Source of the DNA: Candidatus Sumerlaeia bacterium
GTDB lineage: Bacteria; Sumerlaeota; Sumerlaeia; MVZB01
Assembly (NCBI GenBank): GCA_039683515.1
Contig: JBDKRG010000011.1
Coordinates: 14,328-78,327 of the forward strand
DNA: 64,000 bases
Reading direction: 5' to 3'
Part shown: positions 1 through 9,539 of the stretch, one piece after another
Layout of the letters: each line of letters opens with the position of its first letter
How positions within the stretch are numbered: the stretch's first letter is position 1
Program-made: the position numbers and the translations under genes
Notes under the pieces: generated by a model
Seen by the model: the letters and a program-made list of their open reading frames with translations, nothing else
What the model was told of the DNA's origin: nothing
The model's database searches: none

Positions 1-849
1 GTTCCCAGTAGCTCGGCCGCGAGCTGCCGCACAGGTGCAGCCGGGCCGAGTCGACGTGCGGGATCAGGTTCTCGAGGAGCGACAGCCGCCGCCGGCCGTA
101 GATCTTATATGAAATCGGCTCGTCCACGTCGGGGGGCGGCGACTGCAGGCGGATGATCGTGTCCCACGGCTCGACGTGCACGACGACGCGCTCGCCCGGC
201 TGGATGTCGAACACGACGCCGCGGCCGCGCATCCCCGGCGCCCGGCCTTTCACGGCGCGCAGGATGTTGAACAGGTCGGCCTTCGAAAGCGGAACGGTGA
301 CGGAAGCCTGAAGCAGCCCCGCGTGCAGCTCGCCGAACCCGCGCAGCCAGCCGTCGGGCAGGTCGATCTTTTTCTCGTGGTGGGTCTTTTTTCCCTGCTC
401 GAGCCGGACGCCCTCGGCCGACCCGATCCGCAGCCGCATGCGGCTGGCCGGCGCGATCGCGCGGAAGCATTTTTCGAGCTTGTCGGAGTAATCGATGCTC
501 GTGCAGCCGCCGCGGCGCACGTCGGGCTCCTCGAACACCGTGTTGGCGAAGTGCACCCAGCCCAGAGCCGACCCGTCCTGCGAAAACGCCTCGAACGAGA
601 CGCCGTCGGGATGGATCCCGACGACCGGGTCGAGCACACGCGCGCGCCACTCTTCCTTGTCGAGGACTTCGAAGTTGGAGTGCACGATGTCGCCCAGCGC
701 CAGCATGGCGACGCGGAAGATCTGGGGGCGCGCGATCATCGCCGAGAACGCCCCCGGGGCCGGCATGGCCAGCCCGGCCAGGTCGATTTCGGCGTCGGTC
801 GCGCGGGAAACGCCGTCGTAAGTCATCGTTAACTGAGGCATGGCGGCAC
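1..849 (-). CDS. Hypothetical protein, 3'-truncated by the window edge (start at 849, runs off at position 1); not present as a complete ORF in the track
   Basis: Manual translation of the reverse complement from the ATG (CAT at about 847-849) gives MPQLTMTYDGVSRATDAEIDLAGLAMPAPGAFSAMIARPQIFRVAMLALGDIVHSNFEVLDKEEWRARVLDP... with no stop before the window start. Codon usage is GC3-rich and protein-like. The listed 105..869(-) and 176..832(+) ORFs are other frames and are arginine-rich. Confidence 0.5.
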
Positions 850-931
850 CATTCCTTGCGGTCGATCAAAAAGAAAACGCACGGCGCGCGTGATGCATCA
901 CCACGAAGATTTTAAAAATATTCACCGGCAA

Positions 932-2677
932 TCAGGCCTGATGCTGGAAATCCTTCATTTCGATCTCGACGCTGGTGCGGCCGTTCCACGTGTTCAGGAT
1001 CGGCGTCCCCGCGATCCTGAGCGGACCGCCGGCGTCCAGTTCGCGGATCCGCTTGACCATGTTCCACCCCAGCGCGGCCATCGGTTTGCCGTCGGGCGCC
1101 GCGAGGAACAGCTTCAAATGCTTTTCCTTCATGATGCGCGGTTCCTCGACGAGGCGCAATCCCCCGATCGCGACGACCGGCTTGGGGTTCTCGATCCCGT
1201 GCGGCGCCATGACGGCGAGCTGCTCGACGACCTCCGGGGTCAGCTCGGCGGGCTCGGCCTCGGTGTCGATGTCGACCGCCGGCGTCAGGATGTCGTCCGT
1301 CAGAACCTGGCCGGCGTGGCGGTTGATCGCCTCGCGGAACCGGTCGATGCGGTCCGGGGCGAGCGACAGCCCGGCGGCCATCCGGTGGCCGCCATACTGC
1401 TCGAGGCAGTCGCCGCACTGGCAGAGGGCGTCGTAGAGATCGAAGCCGGCGATGGAGCGGCCGGACCCCTTGGCGACATCGCTGTCGACGCTGATCGCGA
1501 TCACCGGCCGGTAGAAGATCGACTGGATGCGCGAGGCGACGATCCCCAGCACGCCGTGGTGCCAACCGTCCTGCGCGACGACCAGGACCTGATCCTGCCG
1601 GTACGGCTCGATCAGTTTCATCGCCTCGGCGAGGGTCTCGGACTCGATCGCGCGCCGGTTTTCGTTGAACTGGTCGAGCTTGCCGGCCAGCTCCCTGGCG
1701 CGCTTCTCCTCGCGGGTCAGCAGCAGCTCGACGGCGAAGACGGCGTGCTCGGTGCGGCCGGCGGCGTTGAGCCTCGGCCCCAGAACGAAGCCGATGCTCC
1801 CGGTGTCGATTTTGGCCTTGGGCAGGCGCGCCACGTCGGCGAGCCGCGCGATGCCGAGCCGCGGGGCCTCGCGCATGCGCTCGAGCCCGGCGCTCACCAG
1901 GCAGCGGTTCTCGCCGACCAGCGGGACGACGTCGGCGACCGTCCCGAGCGTGACCAGGTCAAGGAGCGACTTGAGGAACTCGCGCGCGCGGTCCTGGTCG
2001 GGGTGGAAACTTTTGAGCAGCGCGTGGGCCAGCTTGAACGCGACGCCCGAGCCCGAGATCGCCTTGCACGGGTAATTGCAGCCGGGCTGCTTCGGGTTGA
2101 TGACCGCGGCGCAATCGGGCAGCTCGGTTCCGGGCTCGTGGTGGTCGGTGATGATCAGGTCGACGCCGAGCTTGCGCGCCAAGCGGGCCTCCGCCATCGC
2201 GCTGATGCCGCAGTCGACCGTGACGATGAGCGTCGCGCCCTCGCCCGCGAGCTGCTCCAGCGCCTGGGGGTTGAGGCCGTAGCCTTCGTTCACGCGATGC
2301 GGGATGTAGTAGTCGGCGGGGCAGCCCAGCTCCTGGATCGTCAGCATCAGGATCGCGGTGGCCGTGATGCCGTCGACGTCGTAGTCGCCCCAGATCCAGA
2401 CCTTTTCGCCGGAGCGGATCGCGCGGCCGATGCGCTCGACGGCCTGGTCCATCCCGAGCAGGTCGTATGGGCTGTGAATCTGCCTGAGCGATGGATTCAG
2501 AAACAGGCGGGCGGCGTCGGGATCGGAAAGGCCGCGGGCGTCGAGGATGCGCGCGACGATCGGCGCGACCCCCAATTCGCCGGCCAGCACGTCGCTCCGG
2601 CGCGAATCGACCGGCCTCAGTTGCCATCGCAGTGTTGACCGATTTTCCGAGCGATTGCGGGGGGTCGTGGTGGCCAC
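932..2677 (-). CDS. recJ: Single-stranded-DNA-specific exonuclease RecJ
   Basis: 581-aa product with DHH/DHHA1 hallmarks (DYDVDGITATAIL, ITDHHEPG, GGGHRMAAGLSL) and RecJ-length architecture. Confidence 0.95.
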   Translation of the reverse strand: MATTTPRNRSENRSTLRWQLRPVDSRRSDVLAGELGVAPIVARILDARGLSDPDAARLFLNPSLRQIHSPYDLLGMDQAVERIGRAIRSGEKVWIWGDYDVDGITATAILMLTIQELGCPADYYIPHRVNEGYGLNPQALEQLAGEGATLIVTVDCGISAMAEARLARKLGVDLIITDHHEPGTELPDCAAVINPKQPGCNYPCKAISGSGVAFKLAHALLKSFHPDQDRAREFLKSLLDLVTLGTVADVVPLVGENRCLVSAGLERMREAPRLGIARLADVARLPKAKIDTGSIGFVLGPRLNAAGRTEHAVFAVELLLTREEKRARELAGKLDQFNENRRAIESETLAEAMKLIEPYRQDQVLVVAQDGWHHGVLGIVASRIQSIFYRPVIAISVDSDVAKGSGRSIAGFDLYDALCQCGDCLEQYGGHRMAAGLSLAPDRIDRFREAINRHAGQVLTDDILTPAVDIDTEAEPAELTPEVVEQLAVMAPHGIENPKPVVAIGGLRLVEEPRIMKEKHLKLFLAAPDGKPMAALGWNMVKRIRELDAGGPLRIAGTPILNTWNGRTSVEIEMKDFQHQA

Positions 2678-2836
2678 GCGGAATGCCTCTGAAAATACGA
2701 CTGGCCTTTTGCGAAATATATCCGCTCAAGGTGTCACAATATCGGCCTTTGACACCTTTCTTGCAACTTTTTAATTTTTAGTGATGTCCGATGGCGCATG
2801 GATGTTTTAGCATCGGTCGCGGAAGGGTAACGGATT

Positions 2837-3199
2837 GTGAACGGGCAGACGGTTCCCACGCGCGTTGTTCTGATCGAGCTGGACGATCGCCCGGCCGCGG
2901 CCGAGCTGGCGTTGGGGCTCGCGCGCGCCGGCCATTCGATCGGCCTGGCGCACGGCACAAACGCCGAATCGGCCGCCGACGGGCTTCAAGTAAAGCTCGA
3001 ACGGGCGGGCGGGATCTCGTTGGCGATCAACCTGGACGAGGGCGGGATGGCGCGCGCCATCCGCCTGATGATCGACGTGTTCGGCCGCCTCGACGAGATC
3101 GCGTGCTTCACGCCGCCGGCGGCCGAGGCCGCCGCCGAGGCCGTCTCGACATTCCCCTCGCGCCGGCACCCACGGGTGCGCGTGATGGATCGCCGCTGA
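2837..3199 (+). pseudogene. Degenerate short-chain dehydrogenase/reductase N-terminal remnant (120 aa)
   Basis: TRVVLIELDDRPAAAELALGLARAGHSIGL... aligns with the SDR Rossmann start (VVLITGASSGIG...ARAGA), but the Gly motif is destroyed. FGRLDEIACF resembles the SDR 'FGrlDvLVN' motif. Too short for a functional SDR. Confidence 0.3.
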
Positions 3200-3228
3200 A
3201 TCCCCAGCCCGGTTTCCCCCAGGGTCTT

Positions 3229-3912
3229 TCACAAAAACCTCGTCTCCGGGTCGCTCACCGGCTCGATCAAATCCGGGCGGTCTTCGTCGGGCTTGTTCAC
3301 GCGCGCGCTCACGCGGCGGCGGTCCATCGCCTCGGCCGGGTAGGGGGCCAGAAGAGCCTTCACATCGGCCGCGGGGTCGAGCCACCGGCCGTAATGCTCC
3401 GGCCCGACGATCACCGGCATCCGGTCGTGGACCGGCGCGACGAGCGCGTTGGCGCCGGTCGTCAGGATCGTGAACGATTCGATCGTCTCGCCGCCCGGAT
3501 GGCGCCAGCGATCCCACAGGCCGGCCAGCGCAAACAGGGCGTGGCCTTTCAGAAAATAATAATACGGGACGCGCTCGGACGGGGTTTTCTCCCATTCGAA
3601 AAAGCCGTCGGCCGGGATCAGGCAGCGCCGCCGCCTGAACGGCTCGCGGAAGGCGGGCTTTTGGGCCGCCGTCTCGCACTTGGCATTGATCATCCTGGCG
3701 CCGACCGAGGCGTCCCGGGCCCAGCCCGGGATCAGCCCCCAGCGCAGCAGCGTCAGTTGCCGCTTCCCGCCCGGCTCCTGCGCGCGCACGGCGGCGACCC
3801 ACTGCGTCGGCGCGATATTGTAGCGCGCCTCGAGGCCGGCGGGGATTTCGCCGAGCCCGAAGGCCTCGGCCAGCGCCTGCGGCGACTGGGTCTGCGTGAA
3901 GCGTCCGCACAT
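3229..3912 (-). CDS. yedK: SOS-response-associated peptidase (SRAP/YedK, abasic-site processing protein)
   Basis: Starts MCGRF with the catalytic Cys2. 227 aa and SRAP/DUF159-like throughout (WNIAPTQ, HDRMPVIV). Confidence 0.9.
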   Translation of the reverse strand: MCGRFTQTQSPQALAEAFGLGEIPAGLEARYNIAPTQWVAAVRAQEPGGKRQLTLLRWGLIPGWARDASVGARMINAKCETAAQKPAFREPFRRRRCLIPADGFFEWEKTPSERVPYYYFLKGHALFALAGLWDRWRHPGGETIESFTILTTGANALVAPVHDRMPVIVGPEHYGRWLDPAADVKALLAPYPAEAMDRRRVSARVNKPDEDRPDLIEPVSDPETRFL

Positions 3913-4028
3913 GATTCGCGCCCTTCCCGATGGTCACGCCTCATCCTACCACATCCGCGCGGCCGCGGATATGCGCCGAAGGCTTTCAGGCAGGTTGAAA
4001 TGGGATGGTCCGCCCGGATGGAAGGACG

Positions 4029-6662
4029 TCACTTCACGGGCGTGTCGATGTCCAGGTCCGGGTCGAGGTCGTGATCGAGCCTGGCGGGCTCGAAATACTC
4101 CGTGCTGCGATTGAACTTCTTGCAGCCGCCGAGGTCGTCGAGCTGGCGGTTGCACTCGATGCGCAGCGCCTCGGCCGAGGCGAAACGGTCCTCGGGCCGC
4201 TTGGCGAGACATTTCATGATGATCTCGTTGGCGGTCTGCGGGACCTTGGCGTTGATGTCGCGCGGGGCGACCGGATTCTTGTGGACCTGCTGGTACGAGA
4301 TATCCCCCGACAGGAACGGGGGCGAGCCGATCAGCGCCTCGTAGAGGACGATGCCGACCGAGTAGAGGTCCGAGCGGCCGTCGATCTTGCCGCCGGTGAC
4401 CTGCTCGGGCGACATGTAGCGCGGCGTCCCGAGCATCGCGCCGGTCGGGGTCAGCGTGTTTTCCTCGATGTGGACGATGCCGAAGTCGGTGATCTTGACC
4501 TCGCCGAGCGAGTTGACCATGATGTTGTCGGGCTTGATGTCGCGGTGGATGATCCCCTTGCTGTGACTGGCCTGGAGCGCGTCGCACAGCTGGACGGCGT
4601 AGTAGAACATCTCGGCGATGTAGTCGATGTTGATGTCCATGCCGTCGCGGAACTGCAGGTCGATGATCTCGCGCATCGCCGGGCCGTCGACGTATTCCAT
4701 CACGATGAAGCTCTGGCCGCTCGTGTTGCTGATATTATAATCGAAAATATTGACGATGTTGTGGTGCGAGAGCGTGGCCGCGATGCGGGCCTCGCGGAAG
4801 AAGCGGTCGAGCGCCTTGGAGCTGCCCGACAGGCTGTCGCGCAGGATCTTCATCGCGACGGTCTGCTGGTTGCGCAGGTCGTAGACCTTGTAGACCACGC
4901 CCATGCCGCCCGAGCCGAGGCGCTCGAGGTACTGGTAGCGGCCGATCGCCATGTCGCCGATCAGCTCGCGCATCTTGGGGTCGACGTCGGTGGGCTTGCC
5001 GAGGCCGTCCTCGAGCAGGCGCAGTTTCTCCGACACGTCGCGCCAGCCGGGGTTGACGCGCGCGATCAGGTCCAGGGCCAGCAGCGCGTCGCGGTCGGAG
5101 TGTCGCGACATCATCTCCTCGTGGAGCTGGTAGATATTTTCGAAGTCCTCTTCCCTCGCCGGCTGGGCGCGGTAGCGGTCGAGGGCGTCGACCGGGCGAC
5201 CGGCCTTGAGCAGCGCCTCGGCGAGCATCCGGTTGGCCTTCTCGGCCACGGCCGGGCTCGATGCGGCCAGCCGCAACTGCTCGATGGCGGCTTCGTAGCG
5301 CTCCTGGTCCCGGTAGAGCTGCCCGAGTTCCATGCGCAGGTGGGGCAGGTCGGGATTGTGCGAGAGGATCTCGAGGTAAAGCGACTCGAGCTCCTGCTTG
5401 ATGTCCTCGTTGCCGGGCGCGATCGACAGCGCCTTCTGCAGGTAGTTGATCGCCTTGGGGTGATCCGCCTGCTGGCGGAAGTACATGCCGAGCCGGATCA
5501 GCGGCTCGCTGTCCAGGTCCTCGGCGAGCTCGATCAGCTCGTCGATGCGGTCCAGAATCTGGGGGTCGATCCCGGCCGAGTAATTCAGGGCCGAGACGTA
5601 TTTTTCCAGCGCCTCGTTGTAGCGGCCGTTCTTGATCTGCAGCTCGGCCATCGAGATCTCGGCCTCGCGGGCGAGTTCCTTCTCGTGCTTGTGCTGGGCC
5701 TCGCGCTCGAGCAGGGCGTTCTCGTTGAGGTAGCGCAGGATCTCGGCCGCCTTGTCGTAGTCGCCGCGCTGCTCGTAGGCCATGGCGATCCGGTCGATCA
5801 TGTCGCGGACCTCGCCGTCGACCGACAGCTGCTTGAGCGCGCGCAACGCCTCGTCCAGCTCGCCGCTGTCGAGCAGGTCCCGGGCGTGGTCGATGATGTA
5901 GCAGCCGACCTCCCAGCCCAGCAGCGCGACGCGGCGCGTCCACTTCTGGGTCAGTTCCGGCCCGCCGTGGTCGAGCAGCAGGACGAAGAACCGGTCGCGC
6001 GACCGCGCCGACATCTCGTTGGGGCGCTCGGGCGAAAACTTGCCCAGATACAGCTCGAGCAGGCCCGGGCCGACCGCCGCCTGGCCGGCGTCGTAGAAAT
6101 TCTCGAGCGTCGGGATGAGGCGCGCCTCGGGCAGGATCCTGCGGCAGAGCGCGATGAGCGCCTCGGCGCCGGCCGTGTTCAGCTTGCCGCGCCGGATGAG
6201 CAGCCCCAGCGCCGGCTCGAACGCCTCGTCGAGCTTGCCCACGCCGAGCCGCTCCAGCATCTTGATGCCTTCCTGGGCGTCGATCAGCCGGCCCATCAGC
6301 ACCTGGATCGTGGTCCACGCCGTCCACCCCTCGATGCATTCGTTGGAGCGGGTCAGGAACTCGGTCAGCTGCTCGCTGACGCGGTCGAGCTCCTCGTCGG
6401 GGGGGAGCGGCTCGCCCTTGCGCGACCTGGCGACCGCGTCGGTGGTCCAATGGATCAGCCGGCCGATCTCGCCGGCCTGCTTGAGCAGGGCGTTGTCGAC
6501 CTGGCGGTCAATGGCCTGGCGGCACAGCTCGAGCGTGCGCTCGTCGAAGCGGCCCATGCGGATGTAGACCTCGGCCAGCGCCGCCATCAGTTCGGTGCTG
6601 TTGGGGTTGTACCGCAGCGCGGCCTCGAGCGACTGCATGGTCTTGTTTAATATCGCGTTCAT
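4029..6662 (-). CDS. Serine/threonine protein kinase with an N-terminal TPR-repeat region (about 600 aa) and a C-terminal Hanks-type kinase domain
   Basis: The C-terminal region has YQYLERLGSGGMGVVYK, AMK, HRDIKPDNIM, DFG and SPE motifs. The N-terminal region has multiple TPR-like helical repeats (AxxYxxxG, NYLQKALSIAPGN). Confidence 0.9.
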   Translation of the reverse strand: MNAILNKTMQSLEAALRYNPNSTELMAALAEVYIRMGRFDERTLELCRQAIDRQVDNALLKQAGEIGRLIHWTTDAVARSRKGEPLPPDEELDRVSEQLTEFLTRSNECIEGWTAWTTIQVLMGRLIDAQEGIKMLERLGVGKLDEAFEPALGLLIRRGKLNTAGAEALIALCRRILPEARLIPTLENFYDAGQAAVGPGLLELYLGKFSPERPNEMSARSRDRFFVLLLDHGGPELTQKWTRRVALLGWEVGCYIIDHARDLLDSGELDEALRALKQLSVDGEVRDMIDRIAMAYEQRGDYDKAAEILRYLNENALLEREAQHKHEKELAREAEISMAELQIKNGRYNEALEKYVSALNYSAGIDPQILDRIDELIELAEDLDSEPLIRLGMYFRQQADHPKAINYLQKALSIAPGNEDIKQELESLYLEILSHNPDLPHLRMELGQLYRDQERYEAAIEQLRLAASSPAVAEKANRMLAEALLKAGRPVDALDRYRAQPAREEDFENIYQLHEEMMSRHSDRDALLALDLIARVNPGWRDVSEKLRLLEDGLGKPTDVDPKMRELIGDMAIGRYQYLERLGSGGMGVVYKVYDLRNQQTVAMKILRDSLSGSSKALDRFFREARIAATLSHHNIVNIFDYNISNTSGQSFIVMEYVDGPAMREIIDLQFRDGMDINIDYIAEMFYYAVQLCDALQASHSKGIIHRDIKPDNIMVNSLGEVKITDFGIVHIEENTLTPTGAMLGTPRYMSPEQVTGGKIDGRSDLYSVGIVLYEALIGSPPFLSGDISYQQVHKNPVAPRDINAKVPQTANEIIMKCLAKRPEDRFASAEALRIECNRQLDDLGGCKKFNRSTEYFEPARLDHDLDPDLDIDTPVK

Positions 6663-6810
6663 ATCAATGCACAGTTATCCCGCACGCATGGCGTCACGCG
6701 GACCCATGCCCGCTGCTCCACTTATCGGCCGGGACCTGAGTAAATCTTTAAGCCCAAATCACTTGGAACGATTCAAATTCGAGGGGGACAAGCGGAATCG
6801 CTCAGAATCG

Positions 6811-6837
6811 AAAAAAAAAGACCCGCCATCGGCGGGG
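6811..6837 (-). terminator. Rho-independent terminator of nadD (hairpin CCCGCC-atc-GGCGGG followed by a U9 run on the minus strand)
   Basis: The plus strand reads aaaaaaaaagaCCCGCCatcGGCGGGg immediately 3' of the nadD stop (6843). Confidence 0.6.
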
Positions 6838-6842
6838 AGGAA

Positions 6843-7427
6843 TCATGCGCCGGGCGTGTACAGTTTTTTGGCCTGTATCCAATCGAGAACACCGCCGGGA
6901 ACCAGGCCGGCCAGCCCCGAGGCGTTCCCTTTTCCCAGCTCCTCGCGGATGAACGTCGAGGACAGGTTCGGCAGCGCGAAGCCCGGCGCGGCCGCGCGGC
7001 CGGCGGCGCCCCCGTGGCCGCCGCGCGGGATCACGAGCGGCGGGGCCAGCTCCATCAGCCGGTCGTATTCGAGCCAGCGCTCGGCGTCGAGCAGCGTGTC
7101 GCTCCCCATGATCCAGCGCCAGCTGTTGCGCGGGTAGCGCCGCGCCAGGGCGCGCATGGTCTCGATCGAATAATGCACGCGCGGCTCGCGCTCGACGTCG
7201 AGGACGTCGACCAGGTCGCCGAAGCACGCGAACGCGCGGCGGGCCATCTCCATCCGGTCCTCGAACGGGGCGAGCTTCTTGCCGAACGGGTGGCCGCCGG
7301 TCGGGATCGCCCAGACGCGGTCGATCTCGCCGGTGCCGAGCGCCCAAGCCACGACCAGCACGTGCGCCATGTGCGGCGGGTTGAAACTGCCGCCGAAGAT
7401 GCCGATGCGCTGGGCGCCGTCCGTCAT
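6843..7427 (-). CDS. nadD: Nicotinate-nucleotide adenylyltransferase NadD
   Basis: The track ORF 6843..7646 has a junk N-terminal extension. The true start is at MTDGAQRIGIFGGSFNPPHMAHV (the (H/T)xGH NMNAT motif). It overlaps the queF stop by 4 nt. Confidence 0.9.
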   Translation of the reverse strand: MTDGAQRIGIFGGSFNPPHMAHVLVVAWALGTGEIDRVWAIPTGGHPFGKKLAPFEDRMEMARRAFACFGDLVDVLDVEREPRVHYSIETMRALARRYPRNSWRWIMGSDTLLDAERWLEYDRLMELAPPLVIPRGGHGGAAGRAAAPGFALPNLSSTFIREELGKGNASGLAGLVPGGVLDWIQAKKLYTPGA

Positions 7428-7885
7428 GACTTGCGGGCCCGCCTGCGCGCGCGCTGCTGCACGAACTGGGCGCGGATCGTGGTCTGCAGGCCGCCGCGGA
7501 CGGTCATCTCGGCCTCGACCTCGATCCACTTGGGGTCGAGGACGCGCACGAGGTCCTCGAGGATGCGGTTGGCCAGATGCTCGTAGAACACGCCGACGTT
7601 GCGGAACGAGAGGAGGTAATACTTGAGCGAGCGCAACTCCACGCACACCTTGTCCGGGATATACGTGATATTGAGGGTGCCGAAGTCGGGCAGCCCCGAG
7701 AACGGGCAGACCGACGTGAACTCGTCGGTCGTCGTCGAAATCTCGATGTCGCGGCCGGGATACTGGTACGGGAACGTCTCGAGGGCCGCGCTGTCGATCG
7801 CCTCGAGTCCCTTGAACTCGAGCTTCTTCCCCCGCGCCTCAAACCCCGCCGCCTCGTTCTTCTTCCTTGCCATTGTCATCCCCAT
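7424..7885 (-). CDS. queF: NADPH-dependent 7-cyano-7-deazaguanine reductase QueF (unimodular type)
   Basis: The Cys motif FTSVCPFSGLPDFGTL and the QueF signature KYYLLSFRNVGVFYE are present. 153 aa. Confidence 0.9.
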   Translation of the reverse strand: MGMTMARKKNEAAGFEARGKKLEFKGLEAIDSAALETFPYQYPGRDIEISTTTDEFTSVCPFSGLPDFGTLNITYIPDKVCVELRSLKYYLLSFRNVGVFYEHLANRILEDLVRVLDPKWIEVEAEMTVRGGLQTTIRAQFVQQRARRRARKS

Positions 7886-7977
7886 TTTCTTAATTGTTAT
7901 TGGAATTGAATATGATTATTTTCCGCTTTTTTTGTTTCGAATTTCTTTCGGATTCTTTCCGATTTTGTCCGATTTCT
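7886..7977 (-). repeat. Copy A of the dispersed AT-rich intergenic element (GAAATCGG...GAAATTCGAAACAAA...), direct with respect to the queC-queF transcript
   Basis: The reverse complement reads agaaatcggacaaaatcggaaagaatccgaaagaaattcgaaacaaaaaaagcggaaaataatcatattcaattcc..., matching the copies at 9325, 17091, 20071, 25041, 45631, 45756 and 59461. Confidence 0.7.
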
Positions 7978-8703
7978 TCACTTCGCGCCGTTGCCCAGGA
8001 TCGCGTCCCAGTCGATCGGGACCTGGTACGGAACGGGATCCCTCACCCCCGCCTCGCGGAACCCCTTGAGCCGCAGCCGGCAGGCGTCGCAACGGCCGCA
8101 GGCGATCCCGTCGGCCGAGGGGCTGTAGCACGAAAACGTCAGGCCGTAGTCGACGCCGAGCTCGAGGCCGCGCCGGATGATGCTCGCCTTGCTCAGCTTC
8201 ATGAGCGGGGCGTGAATGCGCAGCGTGCGGCCCTCGACGCCCGACTTGGTCGCGAGGGCCGCGACTTTCTCGAACGCGGCGATGAACTCCGGACGGCAGT
8301 CGGGATAGCCCGAGTAGTCGATCGCGTTGACCCCGATGAAGATGTCGCTCGAGCCCAGGACCTCGGCCCAGCCCATCGCCAGCGACAGAAAGACGGTGTT
8401 GCGCGCGGGGACGTAGGTCGGCGGGATGCCGTGGCTGATCTCGGCCATCGGGCGGTCGTGCGGGACGGCGATGTCGGCGGTCAGGGCCGAGCCGCCGATC
8501 ACGCGCAGGTCCACCGGCACCACGATATGCTGGGCGACATGGAAATGGTCCGAGACGCGCTTGGCGGCCTCGAGCTCATAGCGGTGGCGCTGGCCGTAGT
8601 CGAACGTGATCGTGTACGGGTCGAACCCCTCGGTCTTGGCGATCGCCAGAACCGTCGTCGAATCCAACCCGCCGCTCGAAAGAATGACAGCCTTGTGAGC
8701 CAT
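7978..8703 (-). CDS. queC: 7-cyano-7-deazaguanine synthase QueC
   Basis: The PP-loop SGGLDSTT is present, together with the C-terminal Zn-binding cysteines CxxC...CGxCxxC. Confidence 0.95.
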   Translation of the reverse strand: MAHKAVILSSGGLDSTTVLAIAKTEGFDPYTITFDYGQRHRYELEAAKRVSDHFHVAQHIVVPVDLRVIGGSALTADIAVPHDRPMAEISHGIPPTYVPARNTVFLSLAMGWAEVLGSSDIFIGVNAIDYSGYPDCRPEFIAAFEKVAALATKSGVEGRTLRIHAPLMKLSKASIIRRGLELGVDYGLTFSCYSPSADGIACGRCDACRLRLKGFREAGVRDPVPYQVPIDWDAILGNGAK

Positions 8704-8883
8704 GCCTGCGCCTCTCCACCGGTCATTCGGACCAAAACCAGTGTAAAGGCAGCCCCCGCGATTCTCACGAAAAAAGTTTTTCTTCCCCGCTTGCCTGGGT
8801 CGACGCGCGCTTCAATGTCAACGGACCCGGAGCGAATGCGCGGCGGCATCTCACGGGGCGAGCCATGTCGCCACCATGCGCGA

Positions 8884-9312
8884 TCAGGCAGCCTGCGCGT
8901 TTCCCTTCGAATTTCTCAGGCTTTGTTCGATGATCTGGACGAGCTCGAGGTCGGGTTCGGATTCCACGACGATCTTGTCGATATATTGATGGAGGTCCAG
9001 GCGCGTGAAGGCCCAGTCCTTGAAGGTATGGTGCGCGATGATGTGGCCCTGGTCGTCCTTGCCCCAGTAGACGGCGTGCCAGTTGTGGCCGCCGTGGACG
9101 AACTCGAGCTTTTGACCGCGGCGCAGGGAATCGATCGAGGACGGATGATGGGCGATCGTGGCGGGGGTCGGAGCGGGGCGAACGGTTTCATCGCCGTGAT
9201 CGGCGTCGGGCTTTTTTTCGCCCGGGGGCTTGTGTTCGCGGCCGGCGTTGGCGTCCCATTCCTCCTTCAGCACGTCGTATCGCATCAACTTCTCGACATC
9301 GAAAGTATCCAT
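8884..9312 (-). CDS. Hypothetical protein (142 aa; His-rich C-terminal region)
   Basis: The track ORF 8884..9384 extends through a repeat element. The plausible start is MDTFDVEKLM, preceded by GGAGGTG. No recognisable family (HGGHNWHAVYWGKDDQGHIIAHHTF). Confidence 0.45.
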   Translation of the reverse strand: MDTFDVEKLMRYDVLKEEWDANAGREHKPPGEKKPDADHGDETVRPAPTPATIAHHPSSIDSLRRGQKLEFVHGGHNWHAVYWGKDDQGHIIAHHTFKDWAFTRLDLHQYIDKIVVESEPDLELVQIIEQSLRNSKGNAQAA

Positions 9313-9324
9313 GCAGTTCACCTC

Positions 9325-9360
9325 CGGTCGGCGGTTCGAATCCTCGGTTTTGTTTCCTTG
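9325..9360 (-). repeat. Copy H (partial) of the AT-rich intergenic element, immediately upstream of the 8884..9312 start codon
   Basis: The reverse complement reads ggaaacaaaaccgaggattcgaacc, matching the family core GAAACAAAACCGAGGA. Confidence 0.5.
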
Positions 9361-9539
9361 TGTTAAGTTGTAATTATAGCCCAATTCCCAATAATGTCCA
9401 TGACATTATTGTTATTAGTCATAATCTAAATAATTATCAAAAGAGCTAAAATGAATGAATATAGACCAGCCCGCGTCCATGTCCGATTATAATAAAGAGA
9501 GAGGATCGGTCATTAAGATTCTTTTGTCTTAAGATTTAT

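Noticed and set aside
105-869. The track ORFs 105..869(-) and 176..832(+) as the first gene.
   Set aside because: Both are low-complexity frames. The coding-like frame is the minus-strand ORF starting at 849 and running off the window, which I translated manually.
2791-4074. A 427-aa ORF on the plus strand (and many similar ORFs: 4005..6650, 4735..6450, 10083..11015, 15657..16859, 17453..18826, 20151..21518, 20261..22120, 27260..29935, 37685..39868, 39928..41451, 42174..44540, 59541..60785, 60938..62839 and others).
   Set aside because: These are extremely Arg/Ala/Pro/Gly-rich low-complexity translations lying antisense or out of frame to well-supported genes. They are the typical high-GC 'shadow' ORFs.
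8704-8883. PreQ1 riboswitch upstream of queC.
   Set aside because: By eye there is no small hairpin plus A-rich tail resembling preQ1-I, and no preQ1-II-type pseudoknot features. A covariance-model scan is needed to be sure.
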